NCBI GenBank assembly: GCA_049966995.1
Contig: JBMFTN010000001.1
Span: 1 to 54,705, forward strand
Reading direction: 5' to 3'
From: Candidatus Micrarchaeia archaeon
GTDB taxonomy: Archaea > Micrarchaeota > Micrarchaeia > Micrarchaeales > Micrarchaeaceae
DNA: 54,705 bases
Both the position numbers and the translations under genes were made by a program. The notes under the pieces are model-generated. The model saw only the letters and a list, made by a program, of their open reading frames with translations, did no database searches and was not told the DNA's origin. Shown here one piece after another: positions 1-10,661 of this stretch (the first letter of the stretch is position 1; each line of letters starts with the position of its first letter).

Positions 1-91
1 TTATTTTTAGGATTTGGTTTTATAAGATCTTAATTTAGCAGAACTGCATAAAGCAACATATTTAAATATCTGAAAAAATATATAATAAAAT

Positions 92-514
92 GTGGAGGTA
101 ACTGACCCTGTATGGAAAAGTTTGCTCAACAGCTCGATTGTACGCAAAGAAATAGAAGTTAGAGTCTTGTCTGCAAGATATGACGATGCCAGGGGTACGC
201 TTATAATAAAGACACCTTGGTTATACAAAGAAAACAAACCAGTACATATATTCGTAAATGATATAAGTGAAGAGAGGGTCTTTTGTGATTTTGGATGCAA
301 AATCAACCAGAGAGGTTTCCTTGATTTAGATGATAATAAAGAATACTTTGTACACTTGCTAGTTTATAAGAAGCAATCCAATAGATGGGATTATCCGTTT
401 ACGCTTTCAACGAAATATAATCAGGCAGGGCTTTTTGTAAGGACATTCAACAAAGGGAATTTGCTTAGAAAAGAAGGCACTAATGAAATTCAGACCAACA
501 CTATGAATTTCTAA
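92..514 (+). CDS. hypothetical protein (GTG start, uncertain)
   Basis: Open frame of 140 codons after an AT-rich TATA-like stretch (about 74-90). I recognise no motif, and the only start is GTG or a later TTG. Confidence 0.3.
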   Translation: MEVTDPVWKSLLNSSIVRKEIEVRVLSARYDDARGTLIIKTPWLYKENKPVHIFVNDISEERVFCDFGCKINQRGFLDLDDNKEYFVHLLVYKKQSNRWDYPFTLSTKYNQAGLFVRTFNKGNLLRKEGTNEIQTNTMNF

Positions 515-603
515 TTTTTATATTGTACTTAAAGCGATAGATTAACGCTAAATAGAAAAAGAATAAGAAAAAAAGGCAAAAGCCGAAATATTAAAAATTT
601 GCT

Positions 604-945
604 TTAGCCTTTGTAGACTAATCCAAGGATACTTCCAACAAGGCCGAGTATAAACCCAATAATGAAGCCACCACCATTTGCAAGACCGATTATTGTGAAA
701 ACCAAAGCAATTATCGACCAGGTGTGCACTTTTGATATGTCTGTAGAGTTCATAAGTACTCCTGCAAGAATTACTAATATTCCAGATACTATGCCGACTA
801 TACCGACTACTGCACCAATACCACCTAAGAAAAATGTTGCTGCTCCGCCTAATATTGCTACGAAAATACCGCCCAATAAAGTGAATATACCACCTATCAG
901 CACAAGGGCAAATGCTGCTGTAGGCTTATTGCTTTGAGTTGCCAT
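604..945 (-). CDS. small glycine-rich integral membrane protein
   Basis: 113 aa made almost entirely of G/I/L/V-rich hydrophobic segments (about 4 predicted TM helices). It has a clean ATG and lies in an isolated intergenic context. Confidence 0.55.
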   Translation of the reverse strand: MATQSNKPTAAFALVLIGGIFTLLGGIFVAILGGAATFFLGGIGAVVGIVGIVSGILVILAGVLMNSTDISKVHTWSIIALVFTIIGLANGGGFIIGFILGLVGSILGLVYKG

Positions 946-1029
946 TTTATCACAATAATAATATTTAAGATATATTTAAAAACTTAATGGTTTTACGATG
1001 AGGTATTAATGGCATTTGTCGTATGTCGT

Positions 1030-1719
1030 TTATATTTTCCTGAATTCAACACTTGCTTTTTGCATGAATCCTTTTAATACTGCGCGCTTCATTTCGGCAA
1101 ACATGTTTCTATATTCAGATGGTTCTATTGCAAGGAACACAACCTTTTTAATGTGAAGATTGTTTATTGCTATATCTATATCGGGCTGCACTTCCTCTAT
1201 GCTGCTTGCATGTATAAAATATACGTTGCTTATTTTAACACCTAGGCTTTTGCATATGTCTTCATATTTTTTACCTGAAGGATAAGTAAATACCAAAATA
1301 TGCTCTTCGTTTTCTTCTGGATTTTGGTTTTTAAGGTCTATGTACTGCTCTTCAATTTTTATACCTCTTGAGATCTTTGACAAGCTTTCATTTTGCATAT
1401 GCCTGTTGATCTCTTCAAGCTCTTCTAAATTTGAGAAGGAGGATTTAACGAACTGCTTGACAAGTCTGTCGTAAATTTCATTGCTTGGCTTAATTCCATT
1501 TTTTATTGCTCCATAAACTACTTTCATTGCGCCGCAGTCTGTATGGGGCATGAGTATTATTTTGCTTATGTTATGCGCATTGAGCATGGAAGTTATGCTG
1601 TTTGACAAGCCTTCCACGTTTGCCCCTGCATTTCTTAGTATAATGGTACTTTGGTTATTTTGTTTATCTATTATTGAATTGAGCCTTCTGTCCATACAGC
1701 TTATCAGGAGGGTATTCAT
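1030..1719 (-). CDS. beta-carbonic-anhydrase-like protein with C-terminal extension
   Basis: The N-terminal half has the beta-CA zinc-ligand pattern C-x-D-x-R (SCMDRR), then RNAGAN, then H-x-x-C-G (HTDCGAM). About 110 extra C-terminal residues have no recognisable motif. Confidence 0.5.
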   Translation of the reverse strand: MNTLLISCMDRRLNSIIDKQNNQSTIILRNAGANVEGLSNSITSMLNAHNISKIILMPHTDCGAMKVVYGAIKNGIKPSNEIYDRLVKQFVKSSFSNLEELEEINRHMQNESLSKISRGIKIEEQYIDLKNQNPEENEEHILVFTYPSGKKYEDICKSLGVKISNVYFIHASSIEEVQPDIDIAINNLHIKKVVFLAIEPSEYRNMFAEMKRAVLKGFMQKASVEFRKI

Positions 1720-1794
1720 TGAATCACTTGCGCGAAAATACGCTCTAATTTATGGTAATCTGTATTTATATTAATTTATTAATAAATATAGTAT

Positions 1795-3348
1795 ATGCTA
1801 AATGGATGGAATGAGCTTGAGCCATATTCGCGCCTTGTTAATACAGAAGGGATTGAGCCCAGAGCTTATCAGATAAACATAGCTAAAAGCATATACAATG
1901 GGGGGAATACCCTTGTCGTACTACCCACAGGACTAGGTAAAACTTTCATTGCTGTTTTGGCAATAGCATATGTGCTTCATCACGCTAAGAAGGCAATATT
2001 CTTAGCCCCAACAAAGCCATTGAGTGAGCAGCACTATAACACAATGCTTAAGCTTCTTAATATAGATCCCAAACTTGTGTTATTACTTACGGGAAGCCTG
2101 CCGCATAGCAAGCGCTTGGAACTGGAGCAGCAGGCAAAGGTAATTATAGGAACGCCACAGACGGTTGCCAATGATTTAAAAAAGGCAACACTATCTCTCG
2201 AAGAAACAGGGATTGTTATTTTTGACGAATGCCACAAGGCAGTAGGCAAGTATGCGTATACTTACATTGCGAATGAATGCAAGCTGAGGGGTGTGCAGAT
2301 GATAGGGCTGACTGCCTCTCCAGGAAGCGATAGAAAAAAGATAAACACCCTTGTTGAAACACTAGGCATAAGCAATATTGAGATTAGGATATCCACAGAT
2401 TATGATGTTGCCCCGTATGTAATGAAAAAAGATACTAATATTGTGTACATAGAAAAAAGCAGGACCATAGAGGAGATAGGGTCGCTTCTTAAGCCAGTTA
2501 TAGATGAGCACCTTCAAGCACTCTACAACACAGGCTTAAGCCGTTTCAAAAACTTTGAGAATATGCCAAAGGGGCGGTTGCTGGAAATAGGAGACTACAT
2601 ATCAAAGCTAGAGGCTAGAAACTACAGGTTCATGGCAATATACCATTATTCTTATGTGTTGCATTTGGCTCATGCTTACGATTTGATAACAACAGAGGGC
2701 ATTAGCCCATTTATGGCTTATATGCGCAGCCTTGATGAAAAAGCAACAAAAAGCAAGAATATAAAAGGAATTTTGGCAAATAGTGCCGTAAGCACAGCAC
2801 GCCACATTGCGGCAAATGCAGAAACAACAGGAGAAGAACATCCAAAAATGACCATGCTTGCCAATTTGCTAGGCAATGAATTCAGGGATCAAAATGTCAT
2901 AGTATTTGCACAGTATCGCTCTACAATAAAAAAAATTGTTGAAGTGCTTTTAAATAATGGGATAACAGCACATGCTTTTGTAGGGAAGAAGTACGGCGTC
3001 ACACAGGCGCAGCAGCAAAGCATAATAGAGGATTTCAGGAAATCAAAATTCAGGGTTCTGGTCACAACATCCATAGGGGAGGAGGGCTTAGATATACCCG
3101 CTGTGGATATGGTCATATTTTATGAGCCAATACCAAGCGAAATACGTAATATACAGCGCAAGGGCAGGGCAGGCAGGCTTAAATACGGGCGAGTTGTTAT
3201 CTTAGTAACGCTTGGGACAAGAGATGAAGCTTACCTTATGATATCACGCATAAGAGAAAAAAGGATGTATGATAATGTAGTAAAAATTAAAGAGCATCTG
3301 CTGCTTGGCCATGCTGGAAAGGTTGAAAAGCAACAAAAGCTCGGATAG
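1795..3348 (+). CDS. hef: Hef/FANCM-like superfamily-2 helicase (helicase module only)
   Basis: Motifs seen: RAYQ, PTGLGKT (Walker A), DECH (motif II), TASPG (motif III), an inserted helical domain, TSIGEEGLDIP and QRKGRAGR (motif VI). No ERCC4/XPF nuclease domain follows. Confidence 0.8.
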   Translation: MLNGWNELEPYSRLVNTEGIEPRAYQINIAKSIYNGGNTLVVLPTGLGKTFIAVLAIAYVLHHAKKAIFLAPTKPLSEQHYNTMLKLLNIDPKLVLLLTGSLPHSKRLELEQQAKVIIGTPQTVANDLKKATLSLEETGIVIFDECHKAVGKYAYTYIANECKLRGVQMIGLTASPGSDRKKINTLVETLGISNIEIRISTDYDVAPYVMKKDTNIVYIEKSRTIEEIGSLLKPVIDEHLQALYNTGLSRFKNFENMPKGRLLEIGDYISKLEARNYRFMAIYHYSYVLHLAHAYDLITTEGISPFMAYMRSLDEKATKSKNIKGILANSAVSTARHIAANAETTGEEHPKMTMLANLLGNEFRDQNVIVFAQYRSTIKKIVEVLLNNGITAHAFVGKKYGVTQAQQQSIIEDFRKSKFRVLVTTSIGEEGLDIPAVDMVIFYEPIPSEIRNIQRKGRAGRLKYGRVVILVTLGTRDEAYLMISRIREKRMYDNVVKIKEHLLLGHAGKVEKQQKLG

Positions 3349-3498
3349 CGTATTTTATATAAAAGGACATGGATTTGAAATGACAGTATCCTGTTCTTCA
3401 CAATAATTTTTATATTATAATGCTTATATACTTATGATCGCTTGCTGAATGCGCCTGCTTATGTGTGCTTTCAGCTTGAACATAATGTGCGTGATTAA

Positions 3499-3885
3499 TT
3501 GCTTAGATATTCTAAAGGGGCAAGAAGCGAAAGAGAGCTGCTGAACCATTTTCATAATCTCAATTATTCGGTTGCAAGGGCAGCAGGTAGTGGAGTAAAT
3601 TCACTAAGCCCGGACATAATAGCAGCAAAAAATGGTAAGAGCTTTGTGTTTGAATGCAAAGCATGGGACAAAGGGAGCATTTCCATACCTAACGAGAAAA
3701 TCGAATCCTTGCTTTCGTGGGAGAAGGATGGCAATATGATGGCTTTAATCGCGTGGAGAATGAACAACAGCGGCTGGTTTTTCATAAGCCCTAAAGACAT
3801 GAAGAAAACAGAAAAAAACCACACTATAACTAAGGATGCGATAAAGGAGAAAGGATTTCGGCTAGACTTTTTCAACAGTATTTGA
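3499..3885 (+). CDS. hjc: Holliday junction resolvase Hjc
   Basis: 128 aa with G-x-x-x-ERELL, ARAAGSG, PDIIA and FECK. This is the archaeal Hjc nuclease catalytic pattern (E...D...E-x-K). TTG start. Confidence 0.8.
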   Translation: MLRYSKGARSERELLNHFHNLNYSVARAAGSGVNSLSPDIIAAKNGKSFVFECKAWDKGSISIPNEKIESLLSWEKDGNMMALIAWRMNNSGWFFISPKDMKKTEKNHTITKDAIKEKGFRLDFFNSI

Positions 3886-3897
3886 TGGGGTTATGCC

Positions 3898-4896
3898 ATG
3901 GCAGAAATACCGGAAAACTTAAAATCTACAATGAAAAAGCAAGGTTATCATTTCGTAGGAAAGCATTCTGCAGTAAAGATTTGCGAATATGCTGCAAACG
4001 GCTTAGAGGACAAAGAGCTTTGCTACAAAGCCAAGTTTTATGGCATAAGAAGCTGGCAGTGCATGCAGTCTACTACAGCAATAGGTTGCGACTTGCGTTG
4101 CAGGTTCTGCTGGCGCATCATACCGGAAGAGCACGGCTATAAATGGAATGAGCTTAACGCCGTAGAATGGGATGACCCAGATTATATAATAGATGGAATG
4201 ATAAAAGAGCAGAGGCGTATAGTTAGCGGCTACAAAGCGGTTGCTGATACGGACTTAAAGAAAAAAAGATGGGAAGAAGCAAACAGCCCGAAGCACGCAA
4301 CTTTGAGCCTTACTGGAGAACCGCTGTTTTACCCAAAGATGTCGGAGCTTATAGGCAAATTTCATGAGCGAGGAATGAGCACCTTTGTAGTACACAACGG
4401 CACACTGCCAAATGCTATAAAAAAACTCAAAAACTTGCCTACCCAATTTTATATATCGCTGCAAGCGCCTGATGAAGAGACATATCTAAAGACAACAGCG
4501 CCTAAAATCAATAATGCATGGAGCAAATTTAAGGAATCGCTAATGCTCATGGCAGGGATGAAGACAAGAACCGTTCTAAGGATGACTCTTGTGAAAGGGC
4601 TTAACATGATAAATCCTGAGGGTTATGCTGAATTAATAAAGATTGCAAGACCGAATTATGTCGAAGTAAAAGGTTTTTCCTTTGTTGGCGGTTCGCGTGA
4701 GGAACAGAGAGGATTGTCGCTTTCCAGCATGCCAAACCACGAAGAAATAAAGGAATTTGCAAAAAAAATTGCTGAATTGACAGGGTATATATGGACTGAT
4801 GAACACACGACGAGCAGAATAGTGCTTTTAAGCAGAGACCAAAAATCGATAGACGAAAGGATCATCGACTTTGACAAAATAGGCCAGAAAGATTAA
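3898..4896 (+). CDS. taw1: tRNA 4-demethylwyosine synthase (radical SAM, Taw1/TYW1)
   Basis: Radical-SAM CxxxCxxC (CDLRCRFCW) preceded by an auxiliary Cys cluster (C..CYK....WQC). Length and the KGFSFVG region are typical of archaeal Taw1. Confidence 0.8.
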   Translation: MAEIPENLKSTMKKQGYHFVGKHSAVKICEYAANGLEDKELCYKAKFYGIRSWQCMQSTTAIGCDLRCRFCWRIIPEEHGYKWNELNAVEWDDPDYIIDGMIKEQRRIVSGYKAVADTDLKKKRWEEANSPKHATLSLTGEPLFYPKMSELIGKFHERGMSTFVVHNGTLPNAIKKLKNLPTQFYISLQAPDEETYLKTTAPKINNAWSKFKESLMLMAGMKTRTVLRMTLVKGLNMINPEGYAELIKIARPNYVEVKGFSFVGGSREEQRGLSLSSMPNHEEIKEFAKKIAELTGYIWTDEHTTSRIVLLSRDQKSIDERIIDFDKIGQKD

Positions 4897-4908
4897 ATTA
4901 AAAGGATA

Positions 4909-4998
4909 TGGACTCTGCGGGATTTTCATTGCAAAGCAAATTTGAACCCGCAACCTCCTGCATGCCATGCAGGCGCGCTACCGTTGCGCCAAGAGCCC
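4909..4998 (-). tRNA. tRNA-Ala(GGC) with an 18-nt BHB intron in the T-loop (intron 4923-4940)
   Basis: Hand-folded cloverleaf: acceptor GGGCTCT/AGAGTCC with the G3:U70 Ala identity pair, D arm GCGC-AACGGTA-GCGC, and anticodon arm CCTGC-ATGGCAT-GCAGG. The T arm GCGGG...CCCGC is interrupted. The interrupting region folds as GCGGG-TTCA-[AAT]-TTGC TTT GCAA-TGAA-[AAT]-CCCGC, a complete helix-bulge-helix-bulge-helix. Excision restores the T-loop TTCAAAT. Confidence 0.85.
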
Positions 4999-5010
4999 AA
5001 CAGCATAAAT

Positions 5011-5241
5011 TTATACCGGCGATACGAATAGTATGTTGCCCCCGCGAAGCAATATAGTGCCAAGTTTGGCCTTTAGCCCGCCGTCTTCAAGTTCTTCCGC
5101 GTCTTCTATTACTATGTTCATATGCGCATCGAACGAAGTAATCTTCCCCCTTATGCTTACATTGTTCTTTAGTCTGACCAGTGCTTGCTGTCCTAGTATT
5201 TTGTTTAAGAGATCAAAAGGTCTTTCTTGTTGCATCTTCAC
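5011..5241 (-). CDS. archaeal Sm-like (LSm) protein
   Basis: 76 aa with Sm1/Sm2 motifs (VRLKNNVSIRGKITSFDAHMNIVIEDAEE ... ILLRGGNILFVSP). Confidence 0.85.
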   Translation of the reverse strand: MKMQQERPFDLLNKILGQQALVRLKNNVSIRGKITSFDAHMNIVIEDAEELEDGGLKAKLGTILLRGGNILFVSPV

Positions 5242-5259
5242 ACCTACAAATATCGGTTG

Positions 5260-6300
5260 TTATTTAAGTTTTTTAATGTTTTCTTTTTTAACCATTAACT
5301 TTACATAGCCAGTGCCAACAGCAATCTGCTTTCCTATAAGTATGTTTTCTGCAACTCCGTTTAGCGGGTCTTTCTCCCCGAATATGCTTGCATTGACAAG
5401 ATGCTTTACCGTTTCTTCATAGGCGGCTTTGGCCAATACTGAACTCTTTTCTCCCGCGACGCCATGCCTGCCTATACTTTTTATTGTACCATAGAAGGTC
5501 ATCGTATCCGCTATTAAAGAGATATGCCTAAAACTTATGGTCAATCCTTCATCCCTTATTGTGGTAATAAACTCGTTGGCAAGTATATTTCGTGCCGCTT
5601 CTATCCCGTATGCTTTTGCCACCTCGAACGGATCATTGCAATATATGTGCCACTTGTCAACACCTTCTATGTTCATCACTTCAAGCATGTTGCTGCCACT
5701 TGTAGCTATAAAGAAGCTTTTATCCTCTGCCTCCTGTATTATTGCCTTGCTTATCCCAGATATGCCGGACACCCTCGCATTCAGTACATGAACAAATTCA
5801 GTTCGTATCGCCTTGATTCCTGATTTTTTGCTGGTTTTGACTTTTATTACTTCACCATCAACACTTACTTCTACGCCACCTAATTTTTCTATGCTGCTAT
5901 GTACATTTTTCACCGTAAGCTCATAAAATGAAAGTTTTTCATGGTCTATTTTCATTGTCATCTGGCCTGCCTTGAAGTCTTCCTCATAGTCTTTTATGAG
6001 ATTCGAAACCTTTACCTCTTCAAGCTTCCTCCAGATTTCCCTCACTTTTTCGTATTTGTATTTTATATTATCTTCAAAATAAATCCACATCAATGGGGAT
6101 TTTGGCCTTTTTCTTGCATCTGCAAGTTCTATCATCCTAGGAAGCCCTTTTGTTTGAATCACTGAACTTACTCCTGCTGAATGGAATACCCTGAGCATCA
6201 TCTGCGTACTCGGTTCTCCTATTGACTGCGCGGCTACAGTGCCTATAGCCTCTCCGGGAGTAGCTTTTGTATTGTCTTCCTTTGCTGCCATAATTATCAC
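5260..6300 (-). CDS. rpoA2: DNA-directed RNA polymerase subunit A''
   Basis: [28 protein letters not shown] (trigger-loop region). It overlaps the rpoA1 stop by 4 nt. Confidence 0.95.
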   Translation of the reverse strand: MIIMAAKEDNTKATPGEAIGTVAAQSIGEPSTQMMLRVFHSAGVSSVIQTKGLPRMIELADARKRPKSPLMWIYFEDNIKYKYEKVREIWRKLEEVKVSNLIKDYEEDFKAGQMTMKIDHEKLSFYELTVKNVHSSIEKLGGVEVSVDGEVIKVKTSKKSGIKAIRTEFVHVLNARVSGISGISKAIIQEAEDKSFFIATSGSNMLEVMNIEGVDKWHIYCNDPFEVAKAYGIEAARNILANEFITTIRDEGLTISFRHISLIADTMTFYGTIKSIGRHGVAGEKSSVLAKAAYEETVKHLVNASIFGEKDPLNGVAENILIGKQIAVGTGYVKLMVKKENIKKLK

Positions 6301-8843
6301 TCTATATCTTTTATAAGTTCTTTTGTAGGCTCATTGCCGTCTCCACCATAGATGGTTTGTATAAGCGCATTGCTTGCATCTTTTACCGCAAGGTTGTCAT
6401 CCAGATAGAAATCCTGCATGGCATTTATTAGTCTTCTCTGTAGGTATCCGCTTTGCGTTATTACTACGTATTTTACTACTGCTGAATCTCTTGCGCCCAT
6501 TCCGTGCATGAAGAGTTCGGTAGGCTTTAGTCCTGAGAAGAATGATGAGGTTATAAAACCCCTGTTTTCCGGATCCTTGTCATTCTTTTTAAAGAAAGGC
6601 ATTGTTCTGCCGGAGTAACCTCTTATGGTCTGCTTGCCTCTGACTGCTTGCTGGCCGAGAAGCAATGAAGTTGCTACCACATTCAATATGTTACCTCTTG
6701 CCCCTATGGTCAGCATAAGCTTTGCATTGTTTGTCATGTCGAGGGATTTGTTGAGCAGCTTGCCTGACAATGAACGCGCCTGCTCAAGCTGGGCCATCAC
6801 TTCCATTTCAAGAGTTTCCTTCTTTGTATAGCCGGGCAATGGCTCTATCTTGTTTGCTTTGTAGTCTGCATAAAGATTATTGACTTTCATTTTGATATCA
6901 TTTATAATTGCATCTTTTTCTTTATACACTTCATCCTTCATGTAGTAATCCCTTATGCTTATCGTAACGCCCGCATGATATGCAGACCTTAGGGATATCC
7001 TAGCTAGCTTGAATAGAAAATCTCTTGTGAATTCGGGCCCATAATCTTTGTAGAGCTTGAGTATGAGAGCACCACCCTTTTCGCCAACCTCGTTTTCGCC
7101 AAGTATACCCTTGACAAGCTTGCCCTTCTTTATTACGCACTCACCGAGCTTGCTCTTATTCTCAAAATTCAGGTCTTCTGGAAGCAGCATGGAGATAAGC
7201 TCCTTGCCTGAGTATGTGCCATCCTTTTCCGGATCAGGCAACTTGAATATTCCAATATCACTGAGCATTATGGATGCTTCGTCTTTAGAGTAATAGCTGC
7301 CATCTTTAGTAAGATGGTATACGCCAGAAAGCTCATCCTCTTCTATAAACATAAGGGGCTTGCCGTCTCTTGGCGAAGGTATCAGATCCCTCGGCTGCAT
7401 CAGATATCTTGCCTCTGCCTGCGCTTCTATTGATTGAGGAACATGCAGGTTCATCTCATCTCCATCGTAGTCTGCGTTGTATGGATATGCAGCAGATACG
7501 TGTATCCTTATTACTTTGCCTGGCAGTATTTTTGCCGTGTGGGCCATTATTGAAACCCTGTGCAGTGTGGGCTGTCTGTTCATTAATACTATATCCCCAT
7601 CAATAAGCTGCCTTTCTATTATATAGCCGGGCTGCACTTCCTTGAGCAGTTCTTCCCTGTTTGTGTCTGAAACTCTCTTTCTTATACCTTCTTTTGTTAT
7701 CATATTGATTGCCATTGGGTACTCTGTGTTTTCGAGATACTTCTTGGCTTCTTCAAAATTCCACTGGGTTAGGTAAATAGGCACAGTCAAATTTTCTGCC
7801 ATTCTTTTTGGCACACCAACTTGGTCAATAGTGAGGCTTGAGTCTGGCACAATTACGGTTCTTGCAGAAAAGTTTACACGCTTGCCGCTTAAATTGTATC
7901 TAAGCCTTCCCTCTTTTCCTTTAAGCCTTTGCACAAGGGTCTTCAACGGCCTTGTGCTCCTGTGCCTTGCAACAGGTACACCAGGCGTTTCATTGTTGAA
8001 ATAGGTAGTAACCTGATATTGGAGCAGCTCCCACAGGTCATCGATTATTATCTGCGGGGCGCCAGCATCTATATCCTGCTCTAATCGCTGGTTTATGCGC
8101 ATTATGTCTACAAGCTTATGAGTAAGGTCATCCTCGCTTCTTTCTCCAGATTCCAAGGTTATCGAAGGCCTTACATTTACAGGAGGAACGAGAAGCACGG
8201 TAAGCACAAACCATTCTGGGCGAGTTATTTTTGGATCTATGCCCAAAAGCATAAGATCATCATCGCTTATCTTTGAAAGCCAGTTCAATATTTCGTCTGG
8301 CTTGAGCCTCTCGCTGTTTATGTAAAAGAAAGTTGGCCTCTCCAGTTTGATCTTTGGCTGCTCTGCACCACAGTGCGGACATTTCTTTATGGCCTTTATT
8401 TTTTTAAGAAGATCCATGCCGCTTACTTCGTGCTCGCTCTGATTGTCCTGATCCTCTTCTTTGACAATAAGATCGCTAACAACAGGTTTTACTTCTTTTA
8501 TCTGCTCATCGTTGAGTAATATCCTGTGGCATTTGTAGCAGGTAGATTGAAGCAATAAGTATATTATTTTAGCATATTCTGGATGGATTACTGGCCTTAC
8601 TAGATCGATATGGCCAAAATGACCAGGGCATGTTTTTGCTCTGCCTCCACATGTTTTGCATTTCAGCCCTGGATCTATTACTCCAAGCCTCTGGTCTATC
8701 AATCCACCATCTATTGGATAGCCGTCTTCATTGTAGGTATCTGGAACAACCAGCTTTGCTACGCTGATGCGCCTTATCTCATCAGGCGAAATGACGCCAA
8801 ATCTTATATAATCAATAAACTCTGCTTGCATCTTATCACTCAC
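6297..8843 (-). CDS. rpoA1: DNA-directed RNA polymerase subunit A'
   Basis: Zn-binding CKTCGG...CPGHFGH, catalytic [16 protein letters not shown], and RQPTLHR. Confidence 0.95.
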   Translation of the reverse strand: MSDKMQAEFIDYIRFGVISPDEIRRISVAKLVVPDTYNEDGYPIDGGLIDQRLGVIDPGLKCKTCGGRAKTCPGHFGHIDLVRPVIHPEYAKIIYLLLQSTCYKCHRILLNDEQIKEVKPVVSDLIVKEEDQDNQSEHEVSGMDLLKKIKAIKKCPHCGAEQPKIKLERPTFFYINSERLKPDEILNWLSKISDDDLMLLGIDPKITRPEWFVLTVLLVPPVNVRPSITLESGERSEDDLTHKLVDIMRINQRLEQDIDAGAPQIIIDDLWELLQYQVTTYFNNETPGVPVARHRSTRPLKTLVQRLKGKEGRLRYNLSGKRVNFSARTVIVPDSSLTIDQVGVPKRMAENLTVPIYLTQWNFEEAKKYLENTEYPMAINMITKEGIRKRVSDTNREELLKEVQPGYIIERQLIDGDIVLMNRQPTLHRVSIMAHTAKILPGKVIRIHVSAAYPYNADYDGDEMNLHVPQSIEAQAEARYLMQPRDLIPSPRDGKPLMFIEEDELSGVYHLTKDGSYYSKDEASIMLSDIGIFKLPDPEKDGTYSGKELISMLLPEDLNFENKSKLGECVIKKGKLVKGILGENEVGEKGGALILKLYKDYGPEFTRDFLFKLARISLRSAYHAGVTISIRDYYMKDEVYKEKDAIINDIKMKVNNLYADYKANKIEPLPGYTKKETLEMEVMAQLEQARSLSGKLLNKSLDMTNNAKLMLTIGARGNILNVVATSLLLGQQAVRGKQTIRGYSGRTMPFFKKNDKDPENRGFITSSFFSGLKPTELFMHGMGARDSAVVKYVVITQSGYLQRRLINAMQDFYLDDNLAVKDASNALIQTIYGGDGNEPTKELIKDIE

Positions 8844-10650
8844 TCTTTAATTTTATCTTTGGGTTGATATGGAGAGACTTAATCTCATCGAGAAGCAGCT
8901 TGAATGCGTAGCTTATTTCAACCATTTCTAGGTCATTGCTCTTGCAGCTCGGGCATATGGGCTTATTTTTAATGTAGTCATAGTAGCCTACCGAACCGCA
9001 ATTCTTGCATATCCATATTGGCGCTTTGTCGCTCTGCTCTAGCATTCTGTCTTTTAGCAACAGGCTTGCGCCATGTCCAACCAATGCATCTCGTTCCATT
9101 TCTCCGAATCTAAGGCCTCCTCTTCTTGGCTTTCCTTCTGTAGGCTGATGTGTCAAAATCTGCACTGGACCTCTAGCCCTCACTTGCAATTTAAGGCTTG
9201 ACATATGCCACAGCTTGTGGTAGTACACGACTCCATTGAAAATTTTTGCCTCAAACTTTTTGCCTGTGCGTCCATCAAAAAATTCCTCATCTCCAAACTT
9301 GTCAAATCCATACTGTTCCAATATTGCCCCGTACTTGTCAACAAGATCCTTGCCGTTTGTTGAAAAGGTTGTACCTTCAGCTTCTTCGCCTTTTAAAGAG
9401 CATGCCTTTCCGATAAGCATTTCAAGCATATGCCCAAAAGTCGTTCTGCCTGGAAGGCTGTGGGGATTAAGTAGCATGTCTGGTACGATACCATCTTTCG
9501 TAAAAGGCATGTCTGATTGGGGCACAATCAAACCTGTTACTCCTTTTTGTGCATGCCTGCTTGCAAATTTATCACCTGCTTCTGGGATTTTAGCACTCCT
9601 TATCCTAACTTTTACAATCTTTGTGGCGCCAGCAGTTTCGCTTAGCATTACGCTGTCTACAATGCCTTCCTCACCAACTCTCACCATAATTGAATTATCA
9701 CGACTTTTTTCCATTGTTGCTCCAAATGCGGTTTGCTCCTCTAGAAATCTGGGCGGGGATACCTTGCCTATAAGCACATCGCCATCCTTGATCTCTAATT
9801 CAGGCTCTATGATACCATCTTCACTCAGCTTCGAGTATGCATGCTCACCGAGATAACCCTCTGTTGTCGGAGGAGGAACCTCAAAATGATCTTGCTGCCC
9901 TCCAGGATACCTCCTTTCTTCATCTGTATAAGTCCTTAAGAATTCACTGCGGCCTATGCCTCTCTCGACTGCAGCTTTATTTAATATAATCGCATCTTTC
10001 ATGTTATATCCATAATATGTTGACAGAGCAACTACGAAATTCTGCCCTGCAGCATGCTTTTCCATGTGCACTGACCTATATGCAACACTGTTTACTATCG
10101 GCTTCTGCGGGTAGTATAATATAAACGCTCTCGGATCGTATCTTTTCATAAAATTTATGGCATAAAGACCCTGGGCCTGCTTTGTAAAGTTTGATATTAA
10201 TGAATGCTTTCCCACTGTATCATATTCGTTCATTACAGACAGGTTCATTGTCAAGCCTAGTATAGATACGGGGTCTATCTGGAGATGTGTTGTCTTTGGT
10301 GTAATGTCTTCTTCCTTTATAGCTATCAGAGTGTTCTCCTCTTCCTCTGCATCTAAGTACTCAATAACGCCCCTTCTCACCAGATAATTAAAGTCAATCT
10401 CTTTTTTTGCAAGCCTTTCTTTGAGCTCCGGCGTGAACTTGCTTACACCATTTTCGACTATTATGTATGGGCTTCTAACCCTTCCCCTATCTGCATTTAT
10501 GTGAACTTCATTCAATTTCTTGAAATATGCGACATTTATTTCTCCGCTTATTATACCTAATCTTCGATTTCTCCTTACTTCTTCGGCAAAATCCTTTCCT
10601 GATTCGGTATAGCCAATTAATCGTCCATCAAGATATATTTCGGTCTTCAA
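8836..10650 (-). CDS. rpoB1: DNA-directed RNA polymerase subunit B' (C-terminal part of split RpoB)
   Basis: GDKFASRHAQKGV, LRFGEMERD, and the C-terminal zinc ribbon CKNCG...CPSCK. Confidence 0.95.
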   Translation of the reverse strand: MKTEIYLDGRLIGYTESGKDFAEEVRRNRRLGIISGEINVAYFKKLNEVHINADRGRVRSPYIIVENGVSKFTPELKERLAKKEIDFNYLVRRGVIEYLDAEEEENTLIAIKEEDITPKTTHLQIDPVSILGLTMNLSVMNEYDTVGKHSLISNFTKQAQGLYAINFMKRYDPRAFILYYPQKPIVNSVAYRSVHMEKHAAGQNFVVALSTYYGYNMKDAIILNKAAVERGIGRSEFLRTYTDEERRYPGGQQDHFEVPPPTTEGYLGEHAYSKLSEDGIIEPELEIKDGDVLIGKVSPPRFLEEQTAFGATMEKSRDNSIMVRVGEEGIVDSVMLSETAGATKIVKVRIRSAKIPEAGDKFASRHAQKGVTGLIVPQSDMPFTKDGIVPDMLLNPHSLPGRTTFGHMLEMLIGKACSLKGEEAEGTTFSTNGKDLVDKYGAILEQYGFDKFGDEEFFDGRTGKKFEAKIFNGVVYYHKLWHMSSLKLQVRARGPVQILTHQPTEGKPRRGGLRFGEMERDALVGHGASLLLKDRMLEQSDKAPIWICKNCGSVGYYDYIKNKPICPSCKSNDLEMVEISYAFKLLLDEIKSLHINPKIKLKSE

Positions 10651-10661
10651 AATATCACCAT

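Noticed and set aside
7-306. 99-aa minus-strand ORF at the window start
   Set aside because: It overlaps the plus-strand ORF 92-514. Its composition is low-complexity Ser/Leu/Phe-rich, and I saw no start-context support. Neither ORF is strong, and this one looked weaker.
3882-4142. 86-aa ORF overlapping the start of taw1 in another frame
   Set aside because: The Taw1 frame carries the radical-SAM cysteine motifs. The alternative frame is Arg/Leu-rich with no features.
9236-9856. 206-aa ORF antisense to rpoB1
   Set aside because: It is embedded in the conserved RNAP B' coding sequence, so it is a shadow ORF.
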